A stretch of 63,546 nt of DNA, the filler included, from Collodictyon triciliatum (Eukaryota), in NCBI GenBank assembly GCA_043381765.1. It is 20 parts of 20 records of this genome, joined end to end, with 100 filler letters (N's around TTAATTAATTAA, not from the genome) between each part and the next. Parts side by side here need not be neighbours in the genome. Positions count along the whole stretch, not along the records: positions 12,910 to 16,035 come from JBHJMP010007756.1; positions 16,136 to 19,261 come from JBHJMP010007757.1; positions 19,362 to 22,486 come from JBHJMP010007758.1; positions 22,587 to 25,710 come from JBHJMP010007759.1; positions 25,811 to 28,927 come from JBHJMP010007760.1; positions 29,028 to 32,150 come from JBHJMP010007761.1; 14 more parts are not named here. One strand, given 5' to 3'. The notes below the pieces were generated by a model, which did no database searches, was not told where the DNA came from, and saw nothing but the letters and a program-made list of their open reading frames with translations. A program made the position numbers and the translations under genes. Of this stretch, positions 15,102 through 30,270 are shown piece after piece; within the stretch, counting starts at the first letter, position 1, and each line of letters begins with the position of its first letter.

Positions 15102-16644
15102 TGACCTATTTATGTAAGAATCAAAGTACATAAAACAAACAAAAAAATGATGACCGAGATTTGCGGATGTATTGCTTTGAGCAACCTATTCTCTTCTTTC
15201 TTAATAGCTTCCTTCTCTCAATGCTTATTCTGATATCCCAGCCGGATACTACATTACCCCATTTCTTATAAGTAGCGATTTTCTCTTCCGTTCAAATGTT
15301 ATTTACATAGGCTTGTTTTTAAAAGCGCCTGATATGATTAAAAGAGAAAAAAAAAAGAGGAAAAATTGAGCATGAGGCGCCATTAGATACAGTTTGCTCA
15401 ATCATCTCGACAGCGCCATTACCCGGTCATGTTCTGAATACCTCCGTCAAACACAGGAAAAAAAAGACATCATACACAAAGCGGAGACTGGCTTGCGCTC
15501 CAAACCTCCAGATTACATTGAAAATTTAACTTACCGGAACATATAGTTTTAAACAAAATTCTAAAATCGCAAACGAACATGAAAATCATTATTATTATAT
15601 TTTCCACATATACCTTCAACTTTCAAAATTCAAACACCTTTAATTTTTTTCAATATTTTTTCTTTTTCTCTTTTTCTTTTTATTATTATTATTGACGTAT
15701 CAGACGCGTTGTTTTGCTTGGCGCAGACTGTGCGCAGAAGCATTTTCTTTCAGCACGGCATTGGTTTCCTCCTTCTTGCTTCGTGTCCAGTCCTCAATAA
15801 GCGTTGCCTCCTCGTTCTCTGCGACTCCAGGTGATCTGTTTCTTCCAAGGTTATTCTCGCAGGAGCTGCGGCAGGGATGGGTGACGCGTTCCGCTTCCAA
15901 GAAAAGCTGGCGTCTTTTGATCCAAAGCTTCTTCGAGAATTTGATGCTGCAAAAATAGCCGAGGTAACCGGATGCTTTGCAAATGTAAATGCTTCGAAAA
16001 TATGCGCCGGTAAAAAAACAAAAAAAAACAAAAAANNNNNNNNNNNNNNNNNNNNNNNNNNNNNNNNNNNNNNNNNNNNTTAATTAATTAANNNNNNNNN
16101 NNNNNNNNNNNNNNNNNNNNNNNNNNNNNNNNNNNCCCCCCCCGAATCCCAATAGCCACGTTAGCTGGTGGATAAGCACAATAATAATGTCGTAATGGTG
16201 AAGCTGGAATCAATGCAGCACCATATTATCATAGAAATTCTCGCAGATATTATCAGAACTTTTTTGGGATAAAACAGGACACAAGAAAGGAATGGATTGA
16301 GTTGTACAGTGAAACCCTCTGCCTCACGCTTTTGTGGATATGCGGTGACTTCATTCATATTTCACTACGCCAATATTTTCAGCCTTCCCAGGCACACCGT
16401 TTGTAGGGGAAATCCCTTACATATTTGCCATCACACCGCATATCGAAACTAATTGGAGCAGAAGTCTTTCTTCCAAAAAAAATAAGTCATTATCAACGAA
16501 TGAAGGAAATTCGCCCCTAAAAAACACATAAGTTGAACTAAAAAAAAATAGCAATAAACTGTATCCACACAGAAATAAAAGAAAAAGAAAAGAAACGTAC
16601 TTTATTATGTTTTTATTGCTTTACTTTTTGAGACAAACAGGCCA

Positions 16645-16717
16645 GGGGGTGTAGCTCAGATGGTAGAGCGCTCGCTTAGCATGCGAGAGGTAACGGGATC
16701 GATGCCCGTCACCTCCA
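16645..16717 (+). tRNA. tRNA-Ala (anticodon AGC)
   Basis: Cloverleaf: GGGGGTG/CACCTCC acceptor with the G3:U70 Ala determinant, GCTC/GAGC D-stem, CTCGC-TTAGCAT-GCGAG anticodon arm, ACGGG-ATCGATG-CCCGT T-arm. Downstream TTTT fits a Pol III terminator. Confidence 0.96.
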
Positions 16718-18727
16718 GATTACATTTTGCTTGCATCGCACTAGTCCCCTTTTGTGGAAGTTATATCATCCTCTTTTTTTTCGCCCAAGCCCAGCCTTTG
16801 TTGTCCTTAGAGTCTCCACACGTCATATAGTCCCATAGTACTGATTCCATATTCATCAAGCTGATTCCTTCTATTCTTCATCTTTTCTTGTCATGGAATG
16901 GTATACCCGTTCTTTAGTCCCCAAAAACACCAAATACGGAGAATAAACGCAGAGGCTTTAAAAATGGAAACGAATGATGTCCTTGCTTCCTTCCGTGCGC
17001 ATCATTTCCTCCTCCATCAAACTACTGGTCCATACATAATCTTTGTAAAGAGTCCCCAATCCTCCATATCAAGCTGCATAGTCCTTCATTCCTCATACTA
17101 ATCTTAATTTAGCAGACAAAAAATAATCAACATGAAAATGTAGAGATGCCTCATTAAAAATTATGTCGAAAAGAAGATAGTCATGTTTGAGGCTCTGTTG
17201 GACTGATTTGTGAATCTCGCTTCTTGAAATAGAAAACTAAATTCTCCATTCTTCAAATCAAAGAGATACTAAAGATGTGTCACAGGATGAATATAACCAA
17301 GAACGCGCCCATGCCCTCGAATTACTCTAAATACTTTTTACTTTTCGACCATGTGGCTATCCCCATTGAGCTGAGACCCATGCGAAGTCTTATAAAAATC
17401 CACCATGCTACAACCAATAGGACGTGTTAGCACAGTGAATATGACTCCCCATAATGATGTTTAATCCGTCTGCTATCTTCCTCCAGACATCCGCTTCCTC
17501 ATTCAGGGATGAATTCCTCCATCCTCCTCTTTTCTTCTTTTTCTTTCTCACGCTTAACAACGCCGACCATATACACCTTCATTATGTAATCGTATATTGT
17601 CAAACCATGTGAGTCATCAAAGTAATTGAATGTGTTATTGCTCTTTATATGTATTCGGACAATCACCCATTTCAGCGGTATTGAATCATGATGCTTTCGT
17701 GTTTTGTGCAAGTAAACCAACAAGGTCGGAAGCAAACATCCCTTCTACCTTTCCAAAGTTGGATTGGATTTCTTTTCACATATTTTTGTATGACTTGTCT
17801 CATAAGCCTTGGAGATTCTCATTCAAGAGATATACCATATGATATTGTCTGTATAATTAGCTGAGCGATAGAGATACTGTAAGGTATACCAACATCTCTC
17901 GCCCATTCCTTGATTAAATTCTTTCTGACCCACCACCGCGCATCTGAGAGTCGGACAATTGTTCCAAAAATATACACACAGTCTTTGTAAAGAAAATAAT
18001 CATTCCCCAAAGTAGCAGTCATCATGTAAACACAAATATACTAACCCGTGTGCTGGGCTATTCATCGGCATGTGTATGCAAGGCTTGTATGATTTCTTTC
18101 AGCTTTTTGTCCGGTCGTATGGTCCGTGGATATAGTGTATACCTTGTTGCGAAAGAGTGTAATCTTGTGCTGCGTTAAACCCAAATAATGGGCTTTTCAC
18201 AATGAAAATATACTTACCTACAAAACTCGGACCACTTGTATTGACTCCAGCGGCCAACAGGTGATGATTGTTGTGGATGGACTGAAAACACATAACATGC
18301 TCTCATTTCGTCGATTCCGTATTCTTTTAGTTTTGCGATGAGATGAAAGAATGAATATGTATCTCTCAAACATTAAGAAGATAAAATAAAATTATAATGA
18401 AGTATTGCGATATAGCACCCTATCGATAAGCCACACACATTATTACTTTCATGACTATTGGCAGATATAACTTTGGGACGCAAGCTGCGTTTGAAAAGTC
18501 GTTTGGATTAGAGCTGATACTTAAATAACTATCCGTTTCATTATTTATGCGGATGGTTCTTTTTCACTAGAACTCGCCTTTTGCACCAGCACAGAGTATA
18601 GGGAAATCATATATTTAGAAATCATTTATTTAGAAAAGAAAAAAAGAAAAAACAAATAACGAAAAGTGCAAAGGATTCAATGTTCATGTATTTATATACC
18701 TTATATCAACCACGATGTACAAGATGA

Positions 18728-18798
18728 GCGCTCGTGGTCTAGTGGTATGATGATCGCCTGCCACGCGGTCGACCCGGGTTCGATTCCCGGAGAGCGCA
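18728..18798 (+). tRNA. tRNA-Gly (anticodon GCC)
   Basis: GCGCTCG...TGGTCTAGTGG A-box, ATCGC-CTGCCAC-GCGGT anticodon arm, CCGGG-TTCGATT-CCCGG T-arm, followed by TTTTT. One acceptor-stem mismatch (G7-A66). Confidence 0.93.
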
Positions 18799-19361
18799 TA
18801 TTTTTGATGTCTTGCACCCTCGCTCAGTCCATGCTGGTGGCCTTATCTTCTTCCGCCTTATCTTTTTTTCTCCTTGTCCTCTCTTATCCTTCTACGCCCC
18901 TTCCTCGATTCCTGCCAGCCTCGAATTTTCGAATCAAAATCACCATCACCATATTCATGATATTATAACACATCGAACTCGATGCGTGTCTGCATGTTGT
19001 CTTCTGAAAGTGGCTACGGAAGCGCGCTATGATGCACGCCTTCGCTCTGTGTTATATGCTTCCTTTTCTTTTAAATACGTCAGTTTAATATCCTCATTTA
19101 TCAGGACTCACATATACCGTCATACCAACCATGACGCCTTTTTCAGTTCGTGCGATAAGCTTCGGATTGGTCTTATGAACGGCTCCGTAAAATAGTGCTT
19201 TACATATCTATTACGAATAAGAATATCACACTTTTGTTTGAGGACTGCAATGACAGCATATNNNNNNNNNNNNNNNNNNNNNNNNNNNNNNNNNNNNNNN
19301 NNNNNTTAATTAATTAANNNNNNNNNNNNNNNNNNNNNNNNNNNNNNNNNNNNNNNNNNNN

Positions 19362-19458
<97 letters not shown>

Positions 19459-19545
19459 CTGAAACAGTCTACACTAAAAGAGGAATAATAATAATTATGA
19501 ATACGTATGGCCACAAATTATTTTCTCATTGGAATTGAAACGCAG

Positions 19546-20906
<1,361 letters not shown>

Positions 20907-21401
20907 CATAGTGTTGATGCAATCTTTCTGTTCAGACGGTTGTCGATGTTGTTGCTATTTTTCATTCTGCTAAAATTCTTTTATTTAAATGCTCATCTTT
21001 GACTCAATTTTCTATGCGAAATTCCTACATATCCAACTAGAAGATTCATTCCCGTCTTTCTCATTCTTCATCCAAGATTTTTGTACTATGATTTAATAAT
21101 ACCATTCCAATCCTTACAATAAAAATAACGCACAAAGGAAATAATTAAAGAAATTGTAAACTTCGATTCGTCCTTCATATTTTCTCCTTTATTATCATGA
21201 GGCGTTCAGCACAGTCCAAAAAAAGCAAAGTTGGATTCACTCAGCTTTGTGATTCGAACTCTTCATCTCTGCTTACAGATTGAAAGCATGATTTATAAGA
21301 TAAGAAAAAAATGTTTACAATCCGACGGCGGTCACCGTCAAATCAAAACCAGGTTCATATGAAAGCATTATTCTCTTCAATTCTTGACCTTGATGATGTT
21401 C

Positions 21402-22140
21402 CTATGTAGCAAACCTGTGGTATCGTTTGCCATTCATATTTGCATGCGGCAGGGCAATCAACTCCTCTTCTTGTGAGCTCGTGGATTCATTTTCTACGTC
21501 CTTCTCGAATATTTCGTTTGCCTTATTAATCGGATAATCTCCAAGACTCATTTCGCGACCGAACCTTTGATTTGTATTTCTTCCGGGTGGCTGTGAGCCT
21601 GGTGATGTGTAAAACAATCATCTCCGTCTTTAACCAGTCAAAAATTGTAGTAGTTGAAATATAAATCTGTTAGAGAAGTTATTAACAAACCTGAACTGGA
21701 AGCATTTAAGGTTTTGCGGTCTGGGGCTGTACAGCGTTCTTTTGGCTTGTCATTATTTACTGGCTGAAGTAATGCGTCATCCAACCTCACCACCTTGCAA
21801 GGGTGTTCGTCCTGCTTTTCTTTTCTCAAGACTGCATCTGGCGTTGGTGGTGTTAATGCCTCTCTCACCAAACGGTCCTCAGAGTAGTTTCGAGATAGTT
21901 TAATGCTCGCAGAAGGATTTCGGAAGGTGCTGTCTGTGTTTGTGTGCTTCTGGTGGACGTTTGCTTGGGCGATTCTAACATCCGGTTCCTTTATAGGTTC
22001 TACGATACCCAAAATCTGCTGAACATCCCGAGAGACAGCCTGAGTCGGGTGAGGCCTTTTTAGAGACCAAATGTAATCAGGTAGTTCAGCCTTTGTATCT
22101 TGCTTTTCGAATGCTGGTGTGCTACCTTGATGGAGCGGAT
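21402..22140 (-). CDS. Hypothetical protein, 3' exons
   Basis: Protein-like hydrophilic ORFs at 21638-22012 and 21402-21617, separated by an AT-rich intron-like gap. No family recognised. Confidence 0.35.
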
Positions 22141-22391
22141 TCCTGTTATATAATGGACGATTTTATGATGGAAGCATATTTCATGGCAAGGCGCCGACCT
22201 TTTATTTTGATTTAGCTGCGGTATCGTTTCATGGAAAATGGCATACTTTAGCAGAATGAAATAGTAAAATCATGGAGGCATATTTCGAGTTTGTACGTAA
22301 TTTAATCCAACAAACAATAACCTCTGTTGTTGAAAGAAAGCCTGCTGCTGTGCTACTTTTGTCGACCTTTTAGATTTTATCTTTCTCCTGA

Positions 22392-22486
<95 letters not shown>

Positions 22487-22859
22487 NNNNNNNNNNNNNN
22501 NNNNNNNNNNNNNNNNNNNNNNNNNNNNNNTTAATTAATTAANNNNNNNNNNNNNNNNNNNNNNNNNNNNNNNNNNNNNNNNNNNNCCAAGGAAGCACAA
22601 GCACACAAGTTCTGCACAAGTCGTCTTCTCGGAAAAATCCGCCGGCCTTTGCGGGATATTTAACCTCGTCTTGTCGAAATCCTTGCTTCTTTTTTTTTAT
22701 TCACAAAGAACTTTCTGATCTCGGTGTGCACAACCCCACCGTCCTGACTCGAGTTATTCTGTCCTGTGTGATTGTCAAGTCCGCTCATAAAACAAATAAA
22801 TGATGTGTATTGTATTGACACCCAGCCAGTCTACGCATATATACACAGAATTTGTCCAG

Positions 22860-24858
22860 ATGTCCGACTGTCTCACACCTGCCCAAGTGGATGCGCTTTT
22901 GGAAGAAGTCCGGAAACTCTCTTACTATCCAATTGCTGATATTGCCAGTCTAAAACGATCCACATATCTGAGTCTCTATTGGAAGAATCTGTCATCTGTG
23001 CCGCCTGGTGTTTTTTTGTTGACTGGTCTGAAAGGATTGAGTCTTCAACGCAATCAGTTGTCATCACTACCTGCACAAATATCCTGTTTGACTGGTCTCA
23101 GTGTACTTTACGTTCGTGAAAACCCCGTATGGATTTATTCATATATTATATTACTATTTATGTTAAAAAGAAAGTGACTGACAATTATACACGCAGATGG
23201 AGGAGCTTCCAGCACAGATCACAGCCCTCACAAATCTGAAAGAACTGTATATAAACGCTGGAAACCCACAAACCATAAAGAGAGCCCCGCGCGGCATCAC
23301 ACTCCTTCCAGTGTGGAACAACACAGGATACTATGACTACCAACACATCCGCGCTCTGCAGCTCTACGACCCCGTAAGCACACAACCACCCCCAACCCCC
23401 ACATACACAACACAGGACACAACTAACATAACCCTAGGTCGATACCGCAGCTGAAGCTAAAAGAGCTGAAGAAGCTAGAAGAGCTGAAGAAGCTAGAAAA
23501 GCTGAAGAAGCTAAAAGAGCTGAAGAAGCTAAAAAAGCTGAAGAAGCTAAAAAAGCTGAAGAAGCTAAAAGAGCTGAAGAAGCTAAAAGAGCTGAAGAAG
23601 CTAGAAAAGCTGAAGAAGCTAAAAGAGCTGAAGAAGCTAAAAAAGCTGAAGAAGCTAAAAAAGCTGAACAAGCTAAAAAAGCTGAAGAAGCTAAAAAAGC
23701 TGAATCATCGAGTATGTTAATAGACTTACCTCACATGCAATTGTCTACTGTTACCTCAGGGATACATCTCACAATAATCCCACCTTAGCACCCAGCCGCC
23801 TGGCCCTCGGCAAATACGCCGATCTGCTGACCACAGACTTTGAGAAGCCGAACAACTTCCTGGGCAAGGGCGGCTTCGGGCTGGTCTTCAAAGTGCAGCT
23901 GAAGGCAGGCCTCTTCGCCGTGAAGCTTGTTGCGAACGCACAAATGCACGCCCTTGCCGACGGATCCGACCCCGAGAAGGAGGGCAGCATGATGCTCGAG
24001 CTGCAGCACCCAAACATCCTGACGCTCTACGACTTTGGGTTCCGCGGCAGGGACCTGCTCTTTGTGATGGAGTTTGCGGACGGCGGAGAGCTCTGCTCCT
24101 TTATCAAAAGGTACAAAGCACTAGGAAACGACACGACCCTCAAGTATGGGCTGCACATCATCCAGGGCCTCGTCTACCTGCACACGCGGCCAAGGCCCAT
24201 CCAGCACCGCGACCTCAAGACCGAGAACGTCCTGCTTGTGAACGGCATCGCCAAGCTGACCGACTTCGGCCTTGCAAAGAGCGGCGTCTCAGTCAACTCG
24301 ATGAGCGGCTTCAAAGGCTCGAAGAACTGGTCGCCGCCCGAGGTTTTTGAAGAAGGCAAAGGTGTGGGGCTGCCCAGCGACGTCTACTCGTACGGCGTGG
24401 TCCTCTGGTCCATGCTGAGCGGCGAGTATCCGTATGAGGGCATGACCATGGGCGAGGTCGGCACAAGAGTCATGAGCGGTAAAATGCTTCCTCTTCCAAT
24501 AACCTGTCCTTCTAACCTTGCAGCCCTTATCAAAAAGTGCTGGGAGAAAAACTATGAGATTCGCGTCACTGCTCAACAGGTTGAGGCCGAGCTCAAGGGC
24601 ATTGTTACCAACCCCGTCGCTGTCCCGGTCGCTCCAAGCACGGGCTGTGTTAGCACCATGAACATTCAGAAGCTGACTGCGTATCTCGAGAGTAAGTCTG
24701 CCAACCCCAGGCTCATTCGAGCATGCATCGACAATGAGATAGGAGGTGCCGAGTTTGTCTTACTGACCGAGGAAGAGCTCAGAGAGCTTGTCCCTGAACT
24801 CAAAAACGTTCACATCCGAGCCGCCCTGAAGCTCATCGAGGAGGCCAGCCGCACCTAA
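22860..24858 (+). CDS. LRR - charged helical repeat - TKL-type protein kinase - SAM domain protein
   Basis: Exons 22860-23126, 23197-23373, 23438-23711, 23789-24858 splice in frame with GT-AG introns. Kinase motifs LGKGGFGLV, AVK, HRDLKTEN, DFG, WSPPE, SDVYSYG are intact. The C-terminal LTAYLES...NEIGGAEFVLLTEEELREL is SAM-like. Confidence 0.92.
23450..23704 (+). repeat. Coding 18-bp tandem repeat (GCTGAAGAAGCTARAARA; AEEA[KR][KR]), ~14 copies
   Basis: Read directly; in frame within exon 3 of the LRR-kinase gene. Confidence 0.93.
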
Positions 24859-26084
24859 CCACCGCCCCACTCCCTCGTTCATTCCATGGGTTTTGTAGCA
24901 TTCGCTTGACCCTTTGTTGATTCTTGTCCCCATCCCCACACATCCCTATCGCACCCTCAACTGAATAAAGGAAAACCAAAACAATTCTCTGCTCCGCCCC
25001 TTTCTTCATCTTGAGAAAAGAAAAAAGTAGCCGTTTGCTGGTTTTGTTGATTGGTTGCGTTGCAGGAAAAAAAAAGCTGATTCCTCCGCGAGCCTGTGGT
25101 GCATGTAACTGAAATCCGTTTTGACGTAATAGGAAGTCGTTACATTGGTGTCAATTATACAAAGATGGATAATATATAAATAAGATCATATTTAATTATA
25201 ATAGATATTAATTATCAGTTGTATTAATATTTTTTAATAAATATATAATTAATAATATACATAATGATGATTTTACTTATGGTGCATCGTCATTGAATGC
25301 TTCAATTACAAATGCGACACAGAAACACCTTTGCAGAGACCCAAATATGCTGCAGATCAATTGAAAAAAAGTCGGCTTCTCTTATGCGCTAAGAAAATAG
25401 TATAGATAGCAGGCGACTTACATAAAATCGCTATAATTGCCAACTTGACAGATTGCCTATATTGGCCTTAGTGCGGTGCAATTCTTTGGGTAATCTTCTT
25501 TGAATGGTTCGAAAATCATGACAGAAATCCTCAACCCGAATTTGGAATTGACCACATGAACTATTCGTCCAATTGGTTCATATTCACTGAATTGAAAGTT
25601 TTGGCGATTTGCTTCTTTTGTCATAGTTCACAGAATTTATAATTCAATGAATATATCCAAAATATTCAACTAATTCACATCTGGAATATAAATGTTTTAT
25701 AATTAAATATNNNNNNNNNNNNNNNNNNNNNNNNNNNNNNNNNNNNNNNNNNNNTTAATTAATTAANNNNNNNNNNNNNNNNNNNNNNNNNNNNNNNNNN
25801 NNNNNNNNNNTATTTTCTTTCTTTTATTTTCTTTCTTTTATTTTCTTTCTTTTATTTTCTTTCTTTTATTTTCTTTCTTTTATTTTCTTTCTTTTATTTT
25901 CTTTCTTTTATTTTATTTTATTTTATTTTATTTTATTTTATTTTATTTTATTTTATTTTATTTTCTTTCTTTCTCTCTTTGTTATCTCACTCCGAAAACA
26001 AGTGAAATATAAACCACATGGGTCACCTAATAACTATCTATAATTATTCCCACACTAAAGGAATAAGGCAAGAAAAGTCGTAAA

Positions 26085-28108
26085 ATGCAGCGCTCATCCA
26101 CCGAACCTGACGTGGACTGGAAAGACACCGATCCGAATGACACCGACATTGTGACTTACTCATTGGCTATATTCACATGCGTTGTTTGCTGCTTCACGAT
26201 CGCCCAGCATTTTCTCTACTGGACAAACTCTCGGATCCAGGTATAACCCTCTTTATCAGTCTTGCTGTGTGTTACTTACTGGAACGTGTGATTTTGTGGA
26301 ACTAAAAAATAAAAACACCAACAATACAGACATGTTGCATGCTTATTAAGATTTTCTCTTCTTTTCTGTCTTCATCTAGTCGCTCTACGTCCGTTTGCTT
26401 CTCCTTCCTCAGGTTTTATTTCTTCTCAATCGGCTCCTTCCTTAAGAAAAAAATATTAGGATATGTTCCGTTGACTGAAATCTCATATTTTGGTCATTCC
26501 GATGGGTAGATCTACGCGTTGACTTCTGTTGCTGTCGTATTGCAACCGGAGTGGGGAATCTTCACTGAAATTGCAACTGGAGGATACGAAGCTTATGCTC
26601 TGTACTGTTTCTATGCACTTATGATATTCCATGGAAAGGGAATGAATAACATCATTGAAACCTTGGATGAAAAGGTAATTTCATCCAATTCTATATCATT
26701 CATATATATACTCACGCATATAACGAACCGGTTCATTCGGATTACTGTATTCTTATTTTCTCCCAGGTAAATCCAGATTCTGGATTGAATGAAAGTCTCT
26801 TTCATGTTGGCAATATATGCAAGCTGTGCTGTCCTCCCTGGAAATCATCCAAGTGATATTAATATTATTTCGTGCATAATGAATGACTAGATCGATGAAA
26901 AACAACACTCATTATTGAACATATTACAATATCCATCAATAAATTAATTTATTCATTTTGGTGCATAAAAATCGAATTAGATTTTTGATGTCCTTGACGA
27001 AGTTTGCCCTACTCCAATTCATGATTGTCAAGCCAATTGAGCAATTAATTGCTGCAATACTTCAGTCAAGAGATGAATCGAAAGCGATAGATAGTGCTAT
27101 TCTCATTCTCCGCATCATCGCTTTCCTATCTATGTTTGTATCCAAAAAAAAAAAAAAAGAGCAGGAAATGTATAAAAAAAATAATTTAAAAACTAAGATA
27201 TTCTGTCAATTAAACCTACTCAATCCTTGACCTATGAAAGTTTGCATTTTATCTTCTGCTGAATGTTTTTGCTATCATCAAAGACCAACTTAAAGGTGAG
27301 CTTTTAAAAGGGGAAAAATTACCAGTAAATAGATTACATGAAAGGTTATGTTATTTGAGTCATAATTATGAAGAAAAAAATATCACTTTCCTGTGCCCAA
27401 TTGTAGACTTTGGTGGAGCTCTAAAGTTCCTCGCTATTAAAGGAATCGTTTTCACGATTGTTGTGTAAGTATTACACCAGGATTTAAAAACCAAATATAA
27501 ATATTTAAACAGGTGTACCTTACATTCTCCAGTATTTCGCCTTTTCATTCAAATTTTTTTGATTCTGTAGCCAGAACCTTATCTGCTCTAGCCTTGTTAA
27601 ACGCGGTGTAATCGGCAATTATGATGGAGCCAGTGCTGAACATCGCTCAGAAAGAATCCAGGTCTTTGAGTCCTATAAATGACTTGGAAAAAAAAAACTG
27701 TATGTTTCCCCAAAATATGGTCGATTAAATTATGTTTTATTGTGCCATAGAACGTTATGGTCGCTATTGAAATGGTTCCCTTCGCGCTCTTGTTCTCTTA
27801 TTGTTTCAGCTACAATGATGCTCCTATTGGTAACAATCCTGCAAGCCATGTTCCTTTTACGGAGAAGCTCATCAAGGTATAAACTTTTATGTGATTTTTT
27901 TTCCTTTATAAACTTTTATGTGATATTCATCAATTTCTTTGACGCCAAAATTTTGATTCTTCGAGCCCAGTTGATTTGTTTTGAGCATATTTGGTAGTAT
28001 TCACTACACCTTGAACTGTAGTGCCTGTCGTTTTATGACTTTATCATGAATTCTTTGGAACTTGAGGACACAAAGGTTGAATCCCCCAAACCCGACGAAA
28101 ATCTGTAA
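26085..28108 (+). CDS. TMEM184/organic solute transporter alpha (OST-alpha) family protein, ~9-10 exons
   Basis: QHFLYWTNSRIQ|SLYVRLLLLPQ|IYA...YEAYALYCFYALM, LQFMIVKP, KFLAIKGIVF, QNLICSSLV, NVMVAIEM are typical family motifs. Confidence 0.88.
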
Positions 28109-29027
28109 ACTGGCTAATAATTATTCCGTCTCAAGAAACTTGTGATTGGTTTAGAGAGGACCTGAAAGACGGCACGCTATCGCTTTGTTGAGCTCTCAAC
28201 CTTGCCGCTATCTTCCTCTCTTTCTCTTTGCACCCCAAACACCCCCACAAAATAAACCGACAACTTGAGAACTTTCTCGTGACACTTCTGGTATGACACC
28301 ACGGATAAAGATTATATGTCGATTTACATTTATGGAAAATACAATATGATTGATTTTGTATCGATAATAAGGAATTAATTATGACGAGAGCAATATTTTC
28401 ATTAATAATTCTATAATATTAGATACCTAAAGGAGTAAATGACAATGTGAATAAGTCGCCCATTTCAAATTTGCTCGAGAAGTTGGATACTTATGACTGT
28501 TTTCAGAGAAAGCCATAAACAATTCCAGAAAGGTGTTCTGTTCCAGTAAAGATAAAATTACTAGTATATAGCAATAGATAGCCACAAGTAACCTTCTGGC
28601 TACGCATACGACTCTTGAATCGCACGCGCACAGATCGCGGTCACTCATGCGCATGGATCGCACACCTTTGCTCACACCCGCAGCGAGAATCATGACGAGA
28701 CTGATCAGTGGCCAAAACACACCCAACACCGCCGAATGTGAGGCGGAAGGCACGCGCCCAATGAGTTCCATCCAACGGGGGCTCGGTGGCAGGCCAATAT
28801 TACGCAGAACATAGATCGCAACACCAGAAAAAAGAGAAAAAAGAGAAAAAAGAGAAAAAAGAGAAAAAAGAGAAAAAAGAGAAAAAAGAGAAAAAAGAGA
28901 AAAAAGAGAAAAAAGAGAAAAAAGAGANNNNNNNNNNNNNNNNNNNNNNNNNNNNNNNNNNNNNNNNNNNNTTAATTAATTAANNNNNNNNNNNNNNNNN
29001 NNNNNNNNNNNNNNNNNNNNNNNNNNN

Positions 29028-29123
<96 letters not shown>

Positions 29124-30270
29124 AAAAAAGAAAAGAAAACAAGAAAAGAAAACAAGAAAAGAAAAAACAGAAAACAGAAAACAAGAAAACAAGAGCTCAA
29201 AACCGAAACGATAGCCTCCTGAACAAAACATCCGGCCAGCAAAGAAGCGATGGAATCATGACAGCTTCGCACAAACAGCCGCAATCACAAGAGCCTTCGA
29301 ACCACAAATTCAGAACCCAAAGACGTCATCGCACTGCGTAGTCACACACGAGTCACACACTCTGAAACATCAAAAGAAACCCTCCAGACTCAGTTCCGGT
29401 GATCGTTCTTCTCAGTTACCTCTTTTCGCCTTCGCTGTTTTGAGCTTGAACATACTTTGCAGCAAGACTCCATCGATCCTCTGTGCCTTTTCGTTTTCTG
29501 ACAGGCCTTCTTATATATCATAAAACTTCACTTTAAATCAATAAAAGAAAATAATATGAATAAAACTCTGATGACAAAACAAAAGGCGATCTCGGCTTCA
29601 AGTCTTGTGCTGGCCTTTGCTTTGCGTAACTGATGGATGGAACGAATAAAAAAAAGAAAAAAACAAGAGAAAAGATCGACCAAGCCATGTTGATTGTCCT
29701 TTTTTCTTTCTTTCTTCAATCGATCTTTCTTATTCTTTTCCTGTATATTTGTGTTTCCAGATTTTCCTTCTTATCCTATCAATGATCCACTCTTTGGATT
29801 CGTTGTTTACATGCTTACTTTCGGCTTCTTTTCTCTTTTCTGTGAGGATTTTTTCTCGGGCTTTATGGCCACCATAATCACCACTTGTCCTCCCCTATTC
29901 TCCCTGTTTCAAGTGATAGAAGTTGTTGGAGATATTATTGTTCAGTATATCGGCATTTATCTTATTTGTAAAGCATCGATATTGCCATTTTGTCTCTAGT
30001 TTCCATCAATTGTTTTACATGCGCCCGTTCCTTTATCTGTGCCGATATGCACCAAACACTATCCATTCCAGCAGTTCTGGCATAAGGCCGTATTAATTTT
30101 TGTGCGAAATATAGTCTCGTGCTTCATGGATAACAAAACCATCCATCACAAACTCAAGCATCCCAATGTATCGCACGCTTTCTTCCTGCTTCATACAATA
30201 ATTATGATATATACCTCCTTCTAAAAAAAAAAAAAAACTAACTAAAAAGGACAAAATAACCAAGTGCAGA

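Noticed and set aside
15300-16000. Possible minus-strand gene end
   Set aside because: Splice-like signals are present, but no consistent frame or recognisable product.
19150-19195. KLRIGLMNGSV as the cyclase exon preceding GEVLVGNIG at 19546
   Set aside because: It lies on a different contig across an artificial spacer and ends in a stop; treated as coincidence.
28600-28825. GC-richer island as a possible ncRNA (similarly 62940-63546)
   Set aside because: No snRNA, SRP, RNase P or snoRNA box pattern was recognised; it may be promoter or UTR sequence.
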